From contig JAYZFK010000063.1 in the NCBI GenBank assembly GCA_036336835.1, positions 1 to 32,661 on the forward strand: DNA of 32,661 nt, read 5' to 3'. The first letter of the stretch is position 1. Every line of letters begins with the position of its first letter. A model generated the notes under the pieces. The model worked only from the letters and a program-made list of their open reading frames with translations. It ran no database searches and was not told where the DNA came from. Positions 9,309 through 18,125 of this stretch are shown here, one piece after another. The position numbers were made by a program, and so were the translations under genes. This stretch comes from Myxococcota bacterium. GTDB lineage: Bacteria > Myxococcota_A > UBA9160 > UBA4427.

Positions 9309-9311
9309 TAA

Positions 9312-10160
9312 ATGGCCAACCAACCCGGAAACGCTCTGGCCTCTGCTCTACGCCGGCTGCTGGTGCCGCTCGTACGCGTGCTGCTGCGCAACGGCGTCTC
9401 CTTCGGCGACTTTGCGGAGCACGCCAAGAAGACCTTCGTCGACGTTGCCACCGAAGACTTCACCGTCGCGGGTCGGAAGCCGTCGATTTCGCGCACTGCC
9501 GTCCTGACTGGCCTCACCCGCAAGGAGGCCAGCCGACTCTCGCAGCTCGATGCCACCAGCCTCGAGACCAGTAGCCACCGTTACAACCGGGCCGCCCGCG
9601 TGATCTCGGGCTGGGTCCGCGACTCCGACTTCGCGGACGAGTTCGGCGCACCCGCAATGCTGAAGCTCGACGGTGGCAAGCACAGCTTTGCCGAGCTCGT
9701 CCGGCGCCACGGCGCCGACGTCCCGGCCCGCGCCGTCCTCGACGAGCTGGTGCGAGTGGGCGCCATCGAGGAGCAGCTCGACGGGCGCCTGCGACTCCTC
9801 ACGCCCGCCTACGTCCCGACCTCGGACGAGGTGGAGAAGCTCACGATCCTCGGCAATGACGTGGCCGAGCTGATCGCAACCATCGACCACAACATCACCC
9901 AGCCGCAGAATCCCTTCTTCCAACGCAAGGTCTCCTACGACAACCTGCCCGCGGACTTTCTGAGCAGGCTCCGCCGCCGAGCGGCCGAGCAGGCTCAGGC
10001 GATGCTCGAGGAGTTCGACCTCGAGATGTCGCTCTACGACCGAGATGCCACGACCGCCGATACCGCCGGAGGACATGATCCCGACCGCCGGCTCTGCTCG
10101 ATCGGGATCTATTACTACGAGACCGAGGTCCCGACACCCAGGTCGCACCAGGAGAGCTGA
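9312..10160 (+). CDS. DUF6502-like protein (putative HTH/winged-helix DNA-binding protein)
   Basis: LRRLLVPLVRVLLRNGVSF...FVDVA...SISRTAVLTGLTRKEASRL, RVISGW, SFAELVR..DVPARAVLDELVRVG and FQRKVSYDNL...GIYYYE match my recollection of DUF6502; it lies next to a DUF5666-like gene, its usual partner. Confidence 0.8.
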   Translation: MANQPGNALASALRRLLVPLVRVLLRNGVSFGDFAEHAKKTFVDVATEDFTVAGRKPSISRTAVLTGLTRKEASRLSQLDATSLETSSHRYNRAARVISGWVRDSDFADEFGAPAMLKLDGGKHSFAELVRRHGADVPARAVLDELVRVGAIEEQLDGRLRLLTPAYVPTSDEVEKLTILGNDVAELIATIDHNITQPQNPFFQRKVSYDNLPADFLSRLRRRAAEQAQAMLEEFDLEMSLYDRDATTADTAGGHDPDRRLCSIGIYYYETEVPTPRSHQES

Positions 10161-10163
10161 GTC

Positions 10164-11945
10164 ATGCGTATCCATCCCCTCCTTCTATCCAGCCTGCTGC
10201 TCACGCTCGCGTGCGGCTCGAGCAGCAGCAACATCGCCAGTGGCGGCGTGGGCGGTTCCGGCGTCTCGAAGGGCCCGGTGAGCGCCAAGGGCAGCATCTT
10301 CGTCACCGGCACCCATTGGGAGATCGACGCGATCACCCAGATCGAAATTAACGGCGAACCCGGGGACGAGGCGGATCTCTTCCTCGGCATGGTCGTCACC
10401 GTCGAGGGGACCGTCGACGCCGGCGGAATGTCGGGGATCGCCGATAACGTGAGCTTCGACGACGACCTCGAGGGACCGATCGCCACGATCTCGGACGTCG
10501 GGAACGACGGCGTTGCGAAGACGCTCGATATTCTCGGAGTCGAGGTCCTGGTCGAGGACGGAGTCACCGTATTCGACAACTTCGATTTCGACACCATGAT
10601 GGTCGGCGATGTGGTCGAGGTGAGCGGCCTGCGCGATGCGGAGGGAGACATTCGCGCGACGCGAGTCGAGTTCAAGGGGGTACTGGAGCTCGGGGTTACC
10701 CAGGTCGAGCTGAAGGGGACCGTCGAAGGTCTCGCAGACTCCAGCTTCCAGCTCGGCTCGATCACCGTGAACTTCGATCCGTTGGGCGCGACGACGGACC
10801 TGACCAAAATCGAGGATGGTCCGCTCGCCGATGGAAGATTCGTCGAAGTCGAAGGCACGATCGAGATGACGGGCGAGATCACGGCAACGAGTATCGAAAC
10901 CGAGGACGACGAGGACGATGACCTCCCCGACGTCGACGACGGCGAGATCGAGGGCGTGATCACGCGCTTCGTGTCGCTCTCCGACCTGGACGTCGCGGGA
11001 CAGCCCGTGGACGCATCGGGAGCCACGCTCGTGCCGGACGATCCGGCGCTCTACCACCTGAACGTGCTGGTCGAGGTCGAGGGGCCGATCGTCGGCGGCG
11101 TGCTGATGGCCGAGAAGCTCGAGCTGCGCGGCTTCGACGTGCGGATCGAGGCCGCAATCGCCGACCCGGGCGACATCGACGTCGCAGCCGGGACCGTGGT
11201 GCTCCTGGGCATCCCCGTCCAGACCGATCAGTCGACCCAGCTCGAGGACAAACTGCTCGAGACGCCCGGCTTCTCGCTGGCCGATCTCGCGGCGGGCGAC
11301 TTCCTGGTCGTTCGCGGGGTGGAGGATCCGCCGAGGACGCTGCGCGCCACGCGCCTCGAGCGGAGTGAGCCCGACGACATCAAGCTCCGCGGCTTCCTCG
11401 AGGACGAGGACGAAGGCGCCGAGACGCTGACGGTGCTCGGTCAGGTGATCGACGTGAGCCTCGCCACGTTCGAGGACGACAACGACCTCGAGATCATGCA
11501 GGGCCAGTTCTTCGCCCAGGTCATGCCCGGCGACCTCGTCGAGGTCCGGGACCGGCAGGATGGCGACGACGCCACGATCGACATGGCCGACGATGTCGAG
11601 ATCGAGACGCCGGAGGCCGGCAGCCCGGGGCTGCCGCCGAGCTTCTTCCCGGGCGTCCCTCCGATCACGCAGCAGCCCTCGCTGGCGGCCGCACTCGAGG
11701 ACCTCGGGCTGTTCGATGCGCCGCCGGCCGATGAGCTCGAGCGCCTCGACGAGCTCGTGTTCGACACGGGCGCCGAAACGATCGACCGCACCGCTGCCTT
11801 CGCACCGGGTGAGCCCGGCGACGAGCAGCCGAGTGCGTTGCGCGAGCTCTCGATGGTCGACGCAGTACGGCTCTTCTTCGATCGCATCCGCGAGGTTGCC
11901 GCGAGCGGCGAGACGACGGTGCCGAGCGCTAGCTCGGGCGATTGA
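10164..11945 (+). CDS. DUF5666-like repeat lipoprotein (about six tandem beta/OB-like domains, very acidic)
   Basis: Lipobox LTLAC followed by a GSSSS..GGVGGSG linker; repeated (E/K)GxV...G(D)xV(E)V(E)G...AtrvE units; starts 3 bp after the DUF6502-like stop. Confidence 0.82.
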   Translation: MRIHPLLLSSLLLTLACGSSSSNIASGGVGGSGVSKGPVSAKGSIFVTGTHWEIDAITQIEINGEPGDEADLFLGMVVTVEGTVDAGGMSGIADNVSFDDDLEGPIATISDVGNDGVAKTLDILGVEVLVEDGVTVFDNFDFDTMMVGDVVEVSGLRDAEGDIRATRVEFKGVLELGVTQVELKGTVEGLADSSFQLGSITVNFDPLGATTDLTKIEDGPLADGRFVEVEGTIEMTGEITATSIETEDDEDDDLPDVDDGEIEGVITRFVSLSDLDVAGQPVDASGATLVPDDPALYHLNVLVEVEGPIVGGVLMAEKLELRGFDVRIEAAIADPGDIDVAAGTVVLLGIPVQTDQSTQLEDKLLETPGFSLADLAAGDFLVVRGVEDPPRTLRATRLERSEPDDIKLRGFLEDEDEGAETLTVLGQVIDVSLATFEDDNDLEIMQGQFFAQVMPGDLVEVRDRQDGDDATIDMADDVEIETPEAGSPGLPPSFFPGVPPITQQPSLAAALEDLGLFDAPPADELERLDELVFDTGAETIDRTAAFAPGEPGDEQPSALRELSMVDAVRLFFDRIREVAASGETTVPSASSGD

Positions 11946-12978
11946 AGGAGGGCATGGCCGCGTTCAGCACCCGGACCACCGGGTGCTGGCGCGGCTGCTC
12001 CGCCTCGCTCAGCGAGACGTACCAGTCGTAGGCCTGCGCGAGCATGCGCGCGTTGCCGTACCTCGGCTGCCAGCCGAGCGCCGCTTGCGCGGCCCGGATG
12101 TCGAGGACGAAGTCCGAGTCGGCGAGCTTGTAGTGCTCGGGCACGATCGGAGAGACCCCGAACGCGCCGAGCACTCGCGCCGCGTTGCGCAGCAGCACGG
12201 CGGGGATGCAGATCACGGGCGATCGGCTGCCCGCGTGCTCGATCAGCTGCTCGGTCCACTCGCGGACGGTCGGCACGTCCTGCGGCGCGGCGCCCAGGTT
12301 CACCACCGCGCCGCGCGCGTTCGGGCTGTGGGCGGCGGCAATGCAGGCGTCCGCGACGTCCCACGCGCTCGAGCCCTGGACCCGGTTGCGCCCCGAGCCG
12401 AGCAGGAAGACGGGCTTGCCCAGACGCACCCACTCGAACAGGATCGTGAACACGCCCGTCATGCGCGGCCCGAACAGCGTCATCGGTCGCAGCGCCGTGA
12501 CGTCGAGTCCGCGATCGACCGCCTCCCGGCACAGCGTCTCGGCCTCGATCTTCGACTCGCCGTACGATCCGAGCGGCGCCTGCACGTGATCCTCGGCGAC
12601 GGGAACGCTGCGGGGGATGCCGTAGATCCCCGAGCTCGACACGTGCACCACCTTCGGAACGCCACAGCGCTCCGCCGCGCCGAGCACGTTGCGCACTGCC
12701 TCGATGTTCGCGTGGTAGATGCGCTGCTCGCTCCACTGGAACTGGGGCTTCATGCGCTGCGCGGCCGCCAGGTGGTAGATGACGTCCACCCCGGCGGCGA
12801 GCTCGTCGAGCGCCGCGGGCTCCGAGACGTCGCACAACGCGAGCGGATGGTCGCGGTGGTGACCGAGACCCTCCGGCGCGGCGATATCCACCAGCTGGAG
12901 CGTGTCGCCCCGGTCCTCGAGCCGCTCGACCAGACAGTGGCCGAGCAGCCCCGAGCTCCCGGTGACCAGACACTTCAT
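11929..12978 (-). CDS. NAD-dependent epimerase/dehydratase (extended SDR)
   Basis: MKCLVTGSSGLLG, YHLAA, HVSSSGIYG, YGESK and LRPMTLFGP; overlaps the DUF5666-like 3' end by 17 bp. Confidence 0.9.
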   Translation of the reverse strand: MKCLVTGSSGLLGHCLVERLEDRGDTLQLVDIAAPEGLGHHRDHPLALCDVSEPAALDELAAGVDVIYHLAAAQRMKPQFQWSEQRIYHANIEAVRNVLGAAERCGVPKVVHVSSSGIYGIPRSVPVAEDHVQAPLGSYGESKIEAETLCREAVDRGLDVTALRPMTLFGPRMTGVFTILFEWVRLGKPVFLLGSGRNRVQGSSAWDVADACIAAAHSPNARGAVVNLGAAPQDVPTVREWTEQLIEHAGSRSPVICIPAVLLRNAARVLGAFGVSPIVPEHYKLADSDFVLDIRAAQAALGWQPRYGNARMLAQAYDWYVSLSEAEQPRQHPVVRVLNAAMPSFNRPS

Positions 12979-13189
12979 CGATCCACCCCGCCTACTCACT
13001 GCCAGAGCTGACGAACGCGCAACGCCCGTCGTTGGAGACAGCGAGTCCTGTCGTCTCGGCAGAGGATCGTAACCGACGCGCGCAGCCGGGGCTGTCGGGT
13101 GCGCGGCTTCCGCCGGGGGGCCAAGTTCGTCGGGTCGGTGTCAGTCGAACACAGGGCCGGGGAGCGCTGAAGTACCCTTCAGGAACACG

Positions 13190-14884
13190 ATGTCTGGCAA
13201 GTACCTCACCTACTGGTCGATCGCAGCCGTCACGGCCGTGAGCGTCGCACTGACGATCCACGTCGGGTCGATCGAGGGCATCAACTACGACGGCTGGTGG
13301 CACATCTTCGTCGCTCGTCAGGAAGGTTGGGCCCGCTTCCTGGCAGAGATCCGCGCCAATCCGCACCCGCCTCTCTATCACCTCCTGCTCAAGGCGTCGT
13401 CCAGCCTCGGATCCGAGCGACTCGCCTATCGACTGGTGGGCATCGCTGCGACCGCCGCCTCGGTCCTGCTCGTTGCAGGCATCTGCCAGCAGCTGTTTCG
13501 CTCCCGGGCGATGGTCGTGCTGGCGACCCTCACCTTCGGGACGTCGATCACGACGGTCACCCTCGCCAACGAGGTGCGCAGCTATGCCCTCGCCGGAACG
13601 TTCGCCCTGAGCGCCGTGCTCGGATTGCTGCGCATGCTGTCGGAGCCACGGCGATCCGGCCGCACGAGCGCCCTGCTCGCCGCGGCGTTGGTGTTGGGAA
13701 TTCTGAGCCACTACGGGGTGCTTCTGCTGCTGCCCCTGTTCGCGATCGTGCCGGCACTGCTTGCAGCCCGCAGACCGCTCTGGCCTCCACGGCTGCTGCT
13801 CAGCCTGGCCCCGGCCGCGGCGGTTGCGCTCGTGGCACTCGGGCTGCACACGAGCGAGTTCAACCGGCCCATGTTCTACATGCCGGGGCACTACTACTCC
13901 GCGGACGAGACGCTCTGGGCCTACCTGTCGCGCGGCGCGCGGAGCGAGCTGGATCTCCTGACGCCGCTTGGGCTCGATTCGCTCTCTCCGGCGGTCGGTG
14001 GGCTCGTACTCCTCGGCCTTGCCGGGGGCGTGCTCGCTCTGCTGGCGCGACTCCGCACCCGTGGCGAGAGCGCGCCCGCAGCGCTCCTGCTCCTCTTCGT
14101 CGGTCTGGTGGTCGAGACCTTTCTGGCCTCCCTGATCGGCTGGTACCCGTTCGGGGGGCTGCTGCGCCACCAGTACTTCGTCTTCCTGCTGGGCTTCCTC
14201 GCCTGCTTCCTGGTGCTCGACCAGCTGATCGCCGCGATCCCGTCGGGCAGGGTGCGACTCGCATCTCTGGCGGCGCTGTGGATCGTGGTTCCCGGCCAGG
14301 CGCTCGCGCGCTGGCAAGCGCACGAGATCGACCGGGTGGATCGGCCGGCCGAGCAGGTTCGGCAGGCGCTCCGAACCCTGCCGGGCCACGCCCCCATCCT
14401 CGTGCGACGGACCAGCCTGATCAACCTCTTCGCCCACCACCATCGCAGCCGCTGGCGCTTCGTCGGGCGGGTTCCCAACAGCTCCATCGAGGAGTGGCGG
14501 ATCCGAACACCGATGGGAGAGATCGTCCTCTATCGGCGCCTCGGCGGCTGGCTCCTGCTGCTCGACGATCCGGAGACCTATCGCGATGTGCAGACAGTGC
14601 TCGACGCCACGAGCCGAGCGGGCGGGACCCGCGAGCCCGCTGCGATCGCGACGATCGAGGTCCGGCACGGGGCGGTCTGGAACCGGAGCGGCTGGAAGGA
14701 CCGGCGCCAGATGCTCGAAACGATCCACGGCCTGGCCAGGCAGCACGAGTTGACGATCACGAACCTTCAGATCTCCCCCGAGCATTCGGTTGCACGCTTC
14801 CGACTCCGGGGCTCGCCGCAGCGAGACCGTTCGAGTCCGTCTCCGTCTCCCACTACGCAGGCCGAGGAGACCAGCCAGCGGTAG
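13190..14884 (+). CDS. GT-C fold membrane glycosyltransferase (PMT/ArnT-like)
   Basis: Many TM segments; NYDGWW, HPPLYHLLL, EVRSYAL and LSHY motifs; soluble C-terminal domain. Confidence 0.72.
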   Translation: MSGKYLTYWSIAAVTAVSVALTIHVGSIEGINYDGWWHIFVARQEGWARFLAEIRANPHPPLYHLLLKASSSLGSERLAYRLVGIAATAASVLLVAGICQQLFRSRAMVVLATLTFGTSITTVTLANEVRSYALAGTFALSAVLGLLRMLSEPRRSGRTSALLAAALVLGILSHYGVLLLLPLFAIVPALLAARRPLWPPRLLLSLAPAAAVALVALGLHTSEFNRPMFYMPGHYYSADETLWAYLSRGARSELDLLTPLGLDSLSPAVGGLVLLGLAGGVLALLARLRTRGESAPAALLLLFVGLVVETFLASLIGWYPFGGLLRHQYFVFLLGFLACFLVLDQLIAAIPSGRVRLASLAALWIVVPGQALARWQAHEIDRVDRPAEQVRQALRTLPGHAPILVRRTSLINLFAHHHRSRWRFVGRVPNSSIEEWRIRTPMGEIVLYRRLGGWLLLLDDPETYRDVQTVLDATSRAGGTREPAAIATIEVRHGAVWNRSGWKDRRQMLETIHGLARQHELTITNLQISPEHSVARFRLRGSPQRDRSSPSPSPTTQAEETSQR

Positions 14885-14917
14885 ATCCGGGCTCGCGCAG
14901 AAGGTTGGGCACGATCG

Positions 14918-16597
14918 TCAGCGCACGCGATAGATGCGAACGTGCGGTCCCGGTGCAGAGACCCCGGCAAACCCCGAGATCGGAATGTAGTAGGCGTCGT
15001 TCGGCTCGAAGACCGGGGAGCCTTCTGCTCCGTCGCGCGGATCGAGATCGACCAGCAGCTCGAGCCGGCCTGCGTTGCGCTCGAGGAAGCCGTCCGGGAT
15101 CTCCGACCAGTAGAGCTCGTGGTCGTGCGTCACCAGGTAGTCGACCGCTCGACGATCGACCCGGCCCGCCGCGGGCAGGGCCACGCGGGTCGCCGTCTGC
15201 GGCAGCCGGGGCTCGCCCCAGTGCCAGAAGCGCGTACCCACCACGGCCACGCGCGCTCCTCGAGCGTTGGCGGCGAGCCAGCGCAGCGCCTCCGCGCGCG
15301 TGTCGCTGCGAGCGGCGAGCTGGTCGAAGCGGACGCTCGCCAGCGCGGGCTGTGCGAGAACGAGGAGCGCCACCAGGGCCGCCGCGAGCGAGGCTCGCGC
15401 AGGGGCGAAGCGGCCCGCGAGCTCGCAGATCAGCGCCGCCTGCAGGATCGCAAGCGCGGGCAGCATCGGCGTCACATAGCGCGACAGCGTGACGGGCGAG
15501 AGAGCGATCACGACGAACCACGCGAGCGCGAACACCGCGCTCACCCGAAGCAGCGCCCGCTTGCTCCGCAGGCCGAAGCCGACCGCGACCGGCGCGAGCA
15601 GCGTGGCGACGGCACCCACCCCGTGCCAGAACGAGAAGCCGAAGTGGTAGACCAGCGCGGAGAACCCGCCGTAGGGCGCGACCCAGTCCGGCATACCCGG
15701 CCCCTCGGGCCGGCTCATGTCGATGTCGGGGACGGCTCGAGGCGCGTCGATCAAATCCGGGAAGACGGCGTGAAGGTTGCCCTGCACGACCGCGTGTGCC
15801 GCTTCGTTGGACAGCAGGAAGGGGTTGGCGAGCGCGAAGGCGCCCACCGCGCTCGCACCGGCAACGACCAGCGAAGCGGGCAGCCAGCGCCGCAGCCCGC
15901 TCGCATCGCGGGCGCCCATCCAGGCGCCGACGCACACCGGCAGCGCGCCGAGCACGCCGTTGTACTTCATCGCGCTGGCCGCTCCGACGGCGGCGCCGGC
16001 CGCGATCGCGCTCGTCACGTCACGGCGACGCGCCAGCGACGCGGCCGCGGCCAGACAGGCCGCAAGCCCGAGCGAGAGCAGGATGTCGGGCTTCAGCGCG
16101 TGCGACTCGCGCACGTGCAGCAGGTTCACCGCCAGCCACGCGCCCGCGATCAACGCCACCGTCGCACCGAGCTCGCGCCGCGCGGTCGCCAGCACGACCA
16201 CGACCGTCGCCGTCCCCGCGAGCGCGCTCAGCCAGCGTCCGATCGCGTACAGCCGCTCGGGCTCGCTGCGCCAGACGTGCTCCATGTCACCGGTCGCCAC
16301 CAGCCCGAGCCACGACTGCACGAGCAGCACCAGCTCGGCCCAGGCCCACTGCAGATAGACATACGCGTGCGGATAGATCGCCCAGTCGAAGTCGAAGCTG
16401 CCGCCGGCCGCATCGACCGTGAGCCGCAGTGTCTCGGTCTCGTCCGGCCTCGCCTCGAGATGTGGGAGTCCGAGTTCGAGCCCCCACAGGCGCAGCCCAC
16501 CGGCCGCGATCACGATGCCGAGCGCCGCCCATCCGAAGCTGTTGCGCGGCGCCGTGGCCGCGGCGGCGGGCGGCTCGGTCGTGGGCGCGTCGGACAT
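14918..16597 (-). CDS. GT-C fold glycosyltransferase (GT39/PMT_2-like)
   Basis: LRLWGLELGLP...RPDE, YPHAY, GRWLSALAG, ESHALKPD, AMKYNG and RYVTPMLP; true start MSDAPTT at 16597. Confidence 0.8.
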   Translation of the reverse strand: MSDAPTTEPPAAAATAPRNSFGWAALGIVIAAGGLRLWGLELGLPHLEARPDETETLRLTVDAAGGSFDFDWAIYPHAYVYLQWAWAELVLLVQSWLGLVATGDMEHVWRSEPERLYAIGRWLSALAGTATVVVVLATARRELGATVALIAGAWLAVNLLHVRESHALKPDILLSLGLAACLAAAASLARRRDVTSAIAAGAAVGAASAMKYNGVLGALPVCVGAWMGARDASGLRRWLPASLVVAGASAVGAFALANPFLLSNEAAHAVVQGNLHAVFPDLIDAPRAVPDIDMSRPEGPGMPDWVAPYGGFSALVYHFGFSFWHGVGAVATLLAPVAVGFGLRSKRALLRVSAVFALAWFVVIALSPVTLSRYVTPMLPALAILQAALICELAGRFAPARASLAAALVALLVLAQPALASVRFDQLAARSDTRAEALRWLAANARGARVAVVGTRFWHWGEPRLPQTATRVALPAAGRVDRRAVDYLVTHDHELYWSEIPDGFLERNAGRLELLVDLDPRDGAEGSPVFEPNDAYYIPISGFAGVSAPGPHVRIYRVR

Positions 16598-16744
16598 CGC
16601 GCCAAGGCTACCACCCGCTTCCTGCGGCGGCCCACCGCGGGCCGATCGCAGCTCGTGTCTACCGAGCCGTGGTTTCGGACGCGCGGTAGCATTGGGAACG
16701 CTTGCCGCGCGCAGTCTGCGCCACACAACGGGAGAGCCGGCGCG

Positions 16745-18079
16745 TTGAATCCGCTGCATCGAACTCTCTGCGCCGTGCTGCTCGCCGCAGGCTGCGCGGC
16801 ACCCGAGCGAGCCCCGGACGTGGTGGTGATGGTGCTCGACACCACCCGCGCCGACCGACTCGGTGTATACGGCCACACGCGACCCGTGTCGCCAAATCTC
16901 GACGCGTTCGCCCAGGACTCCGTCGTCTACGAGCGGGCCTGGAGTACCGCGTCGTGGACGCTTCCCTCGCACGCGTCGCTGCTCACGGGCAAGTATCCGA
17001 CCGCTCACGGTGCGCACATCACCCCGTTCACGGACGCGACGTCCAACGGTGACAATCCGGCTCACCTGCGCGAAGACGCCATTACGCTGGCCGAGCTGCT
17101 CGCCGAACGCGGCTATCGCGCTGCGGCCTTCGCCGGCGCGGGCTGGCTGGACCCGGCTTTCGGGCTGCTGCAGGGGTACGAGATCCAGGACGCGGTGAAC
17201 AACCGCACGCTCCCCGCCGAGCAGATCAGCAACCGCGCGATCGCGTGGCTCGGCAGCGTACCGCGCGAGCAGCCGGTTCACCTGCTGGTCAACTACTTCG
17301 ACCCGCACTTTCCGTACGATCCTCAGCCACCGTACGATCGTTATGCGCTCGGGCGTCCGGACGTGAAGGTGCCCGGTCTCGCCGACCTCATCGACGAGAC
17401 TCCACCCACACCGGAGCAGCTCGCCAAGATGATCGATCTCTACGACGGCGAGATCGAGTACATGGACCACCACATTGGTCGCCTGCTCGAAGCGCTACGC
17501 ACGGCAGGCCGCTACGACGACTCCCTGATCGTCGTCCTCTCCGACCACGGCGAGCTGTTCGGAGAACACGGCGACTCGGGGCACGGCGCCTGGCTGTGGG
17601 AGGAGCTCATCCGGATTCCGTTGATCGTGCACTACCCGGAAGCGCGCGACGCGGGCCTCCGCGACCAATCGATCGTTTCGATCGTCGACGTCCTCAGCTG
17701 GATCGCCGTCGAGCTCGGGCTCGAGCTGCCACCGGACGTGGACGGCGTCGCGGTCGGCGAGCGCGAGCTCGTCCTCGCACAAGAGTTCCCCAACGCGCTG
17801 TTCAGCGAGCGGGGCGGCGGCGAGCTGGACCGCGACCTGGTCGCGGGCGTCGAGTGGCCGTGGAAGCTGATCGAATCGACGCGCGGCGAGCGGCTGCTGT
17901 ACCGACTCGATGCGGACCCCCGTGAGCTCGAGGACGTCTCGCACGATGCGACGAGCGAGCGAATCCGACAGTCGGTCGACACCACACAGGCTCAGCTCCG
18001 GGTACCCGAGCCGGACGATCCGCGAGCAATGAGCCCGGAGGCGGAGTCGCACCTGCGAGAGCTCGGCTACATCGAATAG
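16745..18079 (+). CDS. Sulfatase-like hydrolase/transferase, Thr at the nucleophile position, lipoprotein
   Basis: TTG start after GGGAG; LAAGC lipobox; VLDTTRADRL, WTLPSHASLLTG, NYFDPHFPY, YDGEIEYMD, SDHGE, RIPLIV and C-terminal LRELGYIE. Confidence 0.87.
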   Translation: MNPLHRTLCAVLLAAGCAAPERAPDVVVMVLDTTRADRLGVYGHTRPVSPNLDAFAQDSVVYERAWSTASWTLPSHASLLTGKYPTAHGAHITPFTDATSNGDNPAHLREDAITLAELLAERGYRAAAFAGAGWLDPAFGLLQGYEIQDAVNNRTLPAEQISNRAIAWLGSVPREQPVHLLVNYFDPHFPYDPQPPYDRYALGRPDVKVPGLADLIDETPPTPEQLAKMIDLYDGEIEYMDHHIGRLLEALRTAGRYDDSLIVVLSDHGELFGEHGDSGHGAWLWEELIRIPLIVHYPEARDAGLRDQSIVSIVDVLSWIAVELGLELPPDVDGVAVGERELVLAQEFPNALFSERGGGELDRDLVAGVEWPWKLIESTRGERLLYRLDADPRELEDVSHDATSERIRQSVDTTQAQLRVPEPDDPRAMSPEAESHLRELGYIE

Positions 18080-18125
18080 GCCGGCGTACGGGCGGCTCGG
18101 GCGCGTGATCTGCTAACCATCGCGG

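Noticed and set aside
13167..13182. CTGAAG-TACC-CTTCAG inverted repeat touching the RBS of the GT-C gene
   Set aside because: Only 6 bp and single-copy, and it overlaps a likely TACCCT -10 box, so it may not be transcribed in full; too weak to call.
13297..15935. Long Arg/Ala/Pro-rich ORFs (e.g. 13297-15492, 12992-14785) and similar ones across the window
   Set aside because: Alternative-frame or antisense shadows of well-supported genes, with no motifs or RBS.
14918..18079. Apparent 1045-aa (+) and 851-aa (-) overlapping giant ORFs
   Set aside because: Each is a real gene (sulfatase-like from 16745; GT-C from 16597) extended upstream through the stop-poor antisense frame of its divergent neighbour, as expected at high GC.
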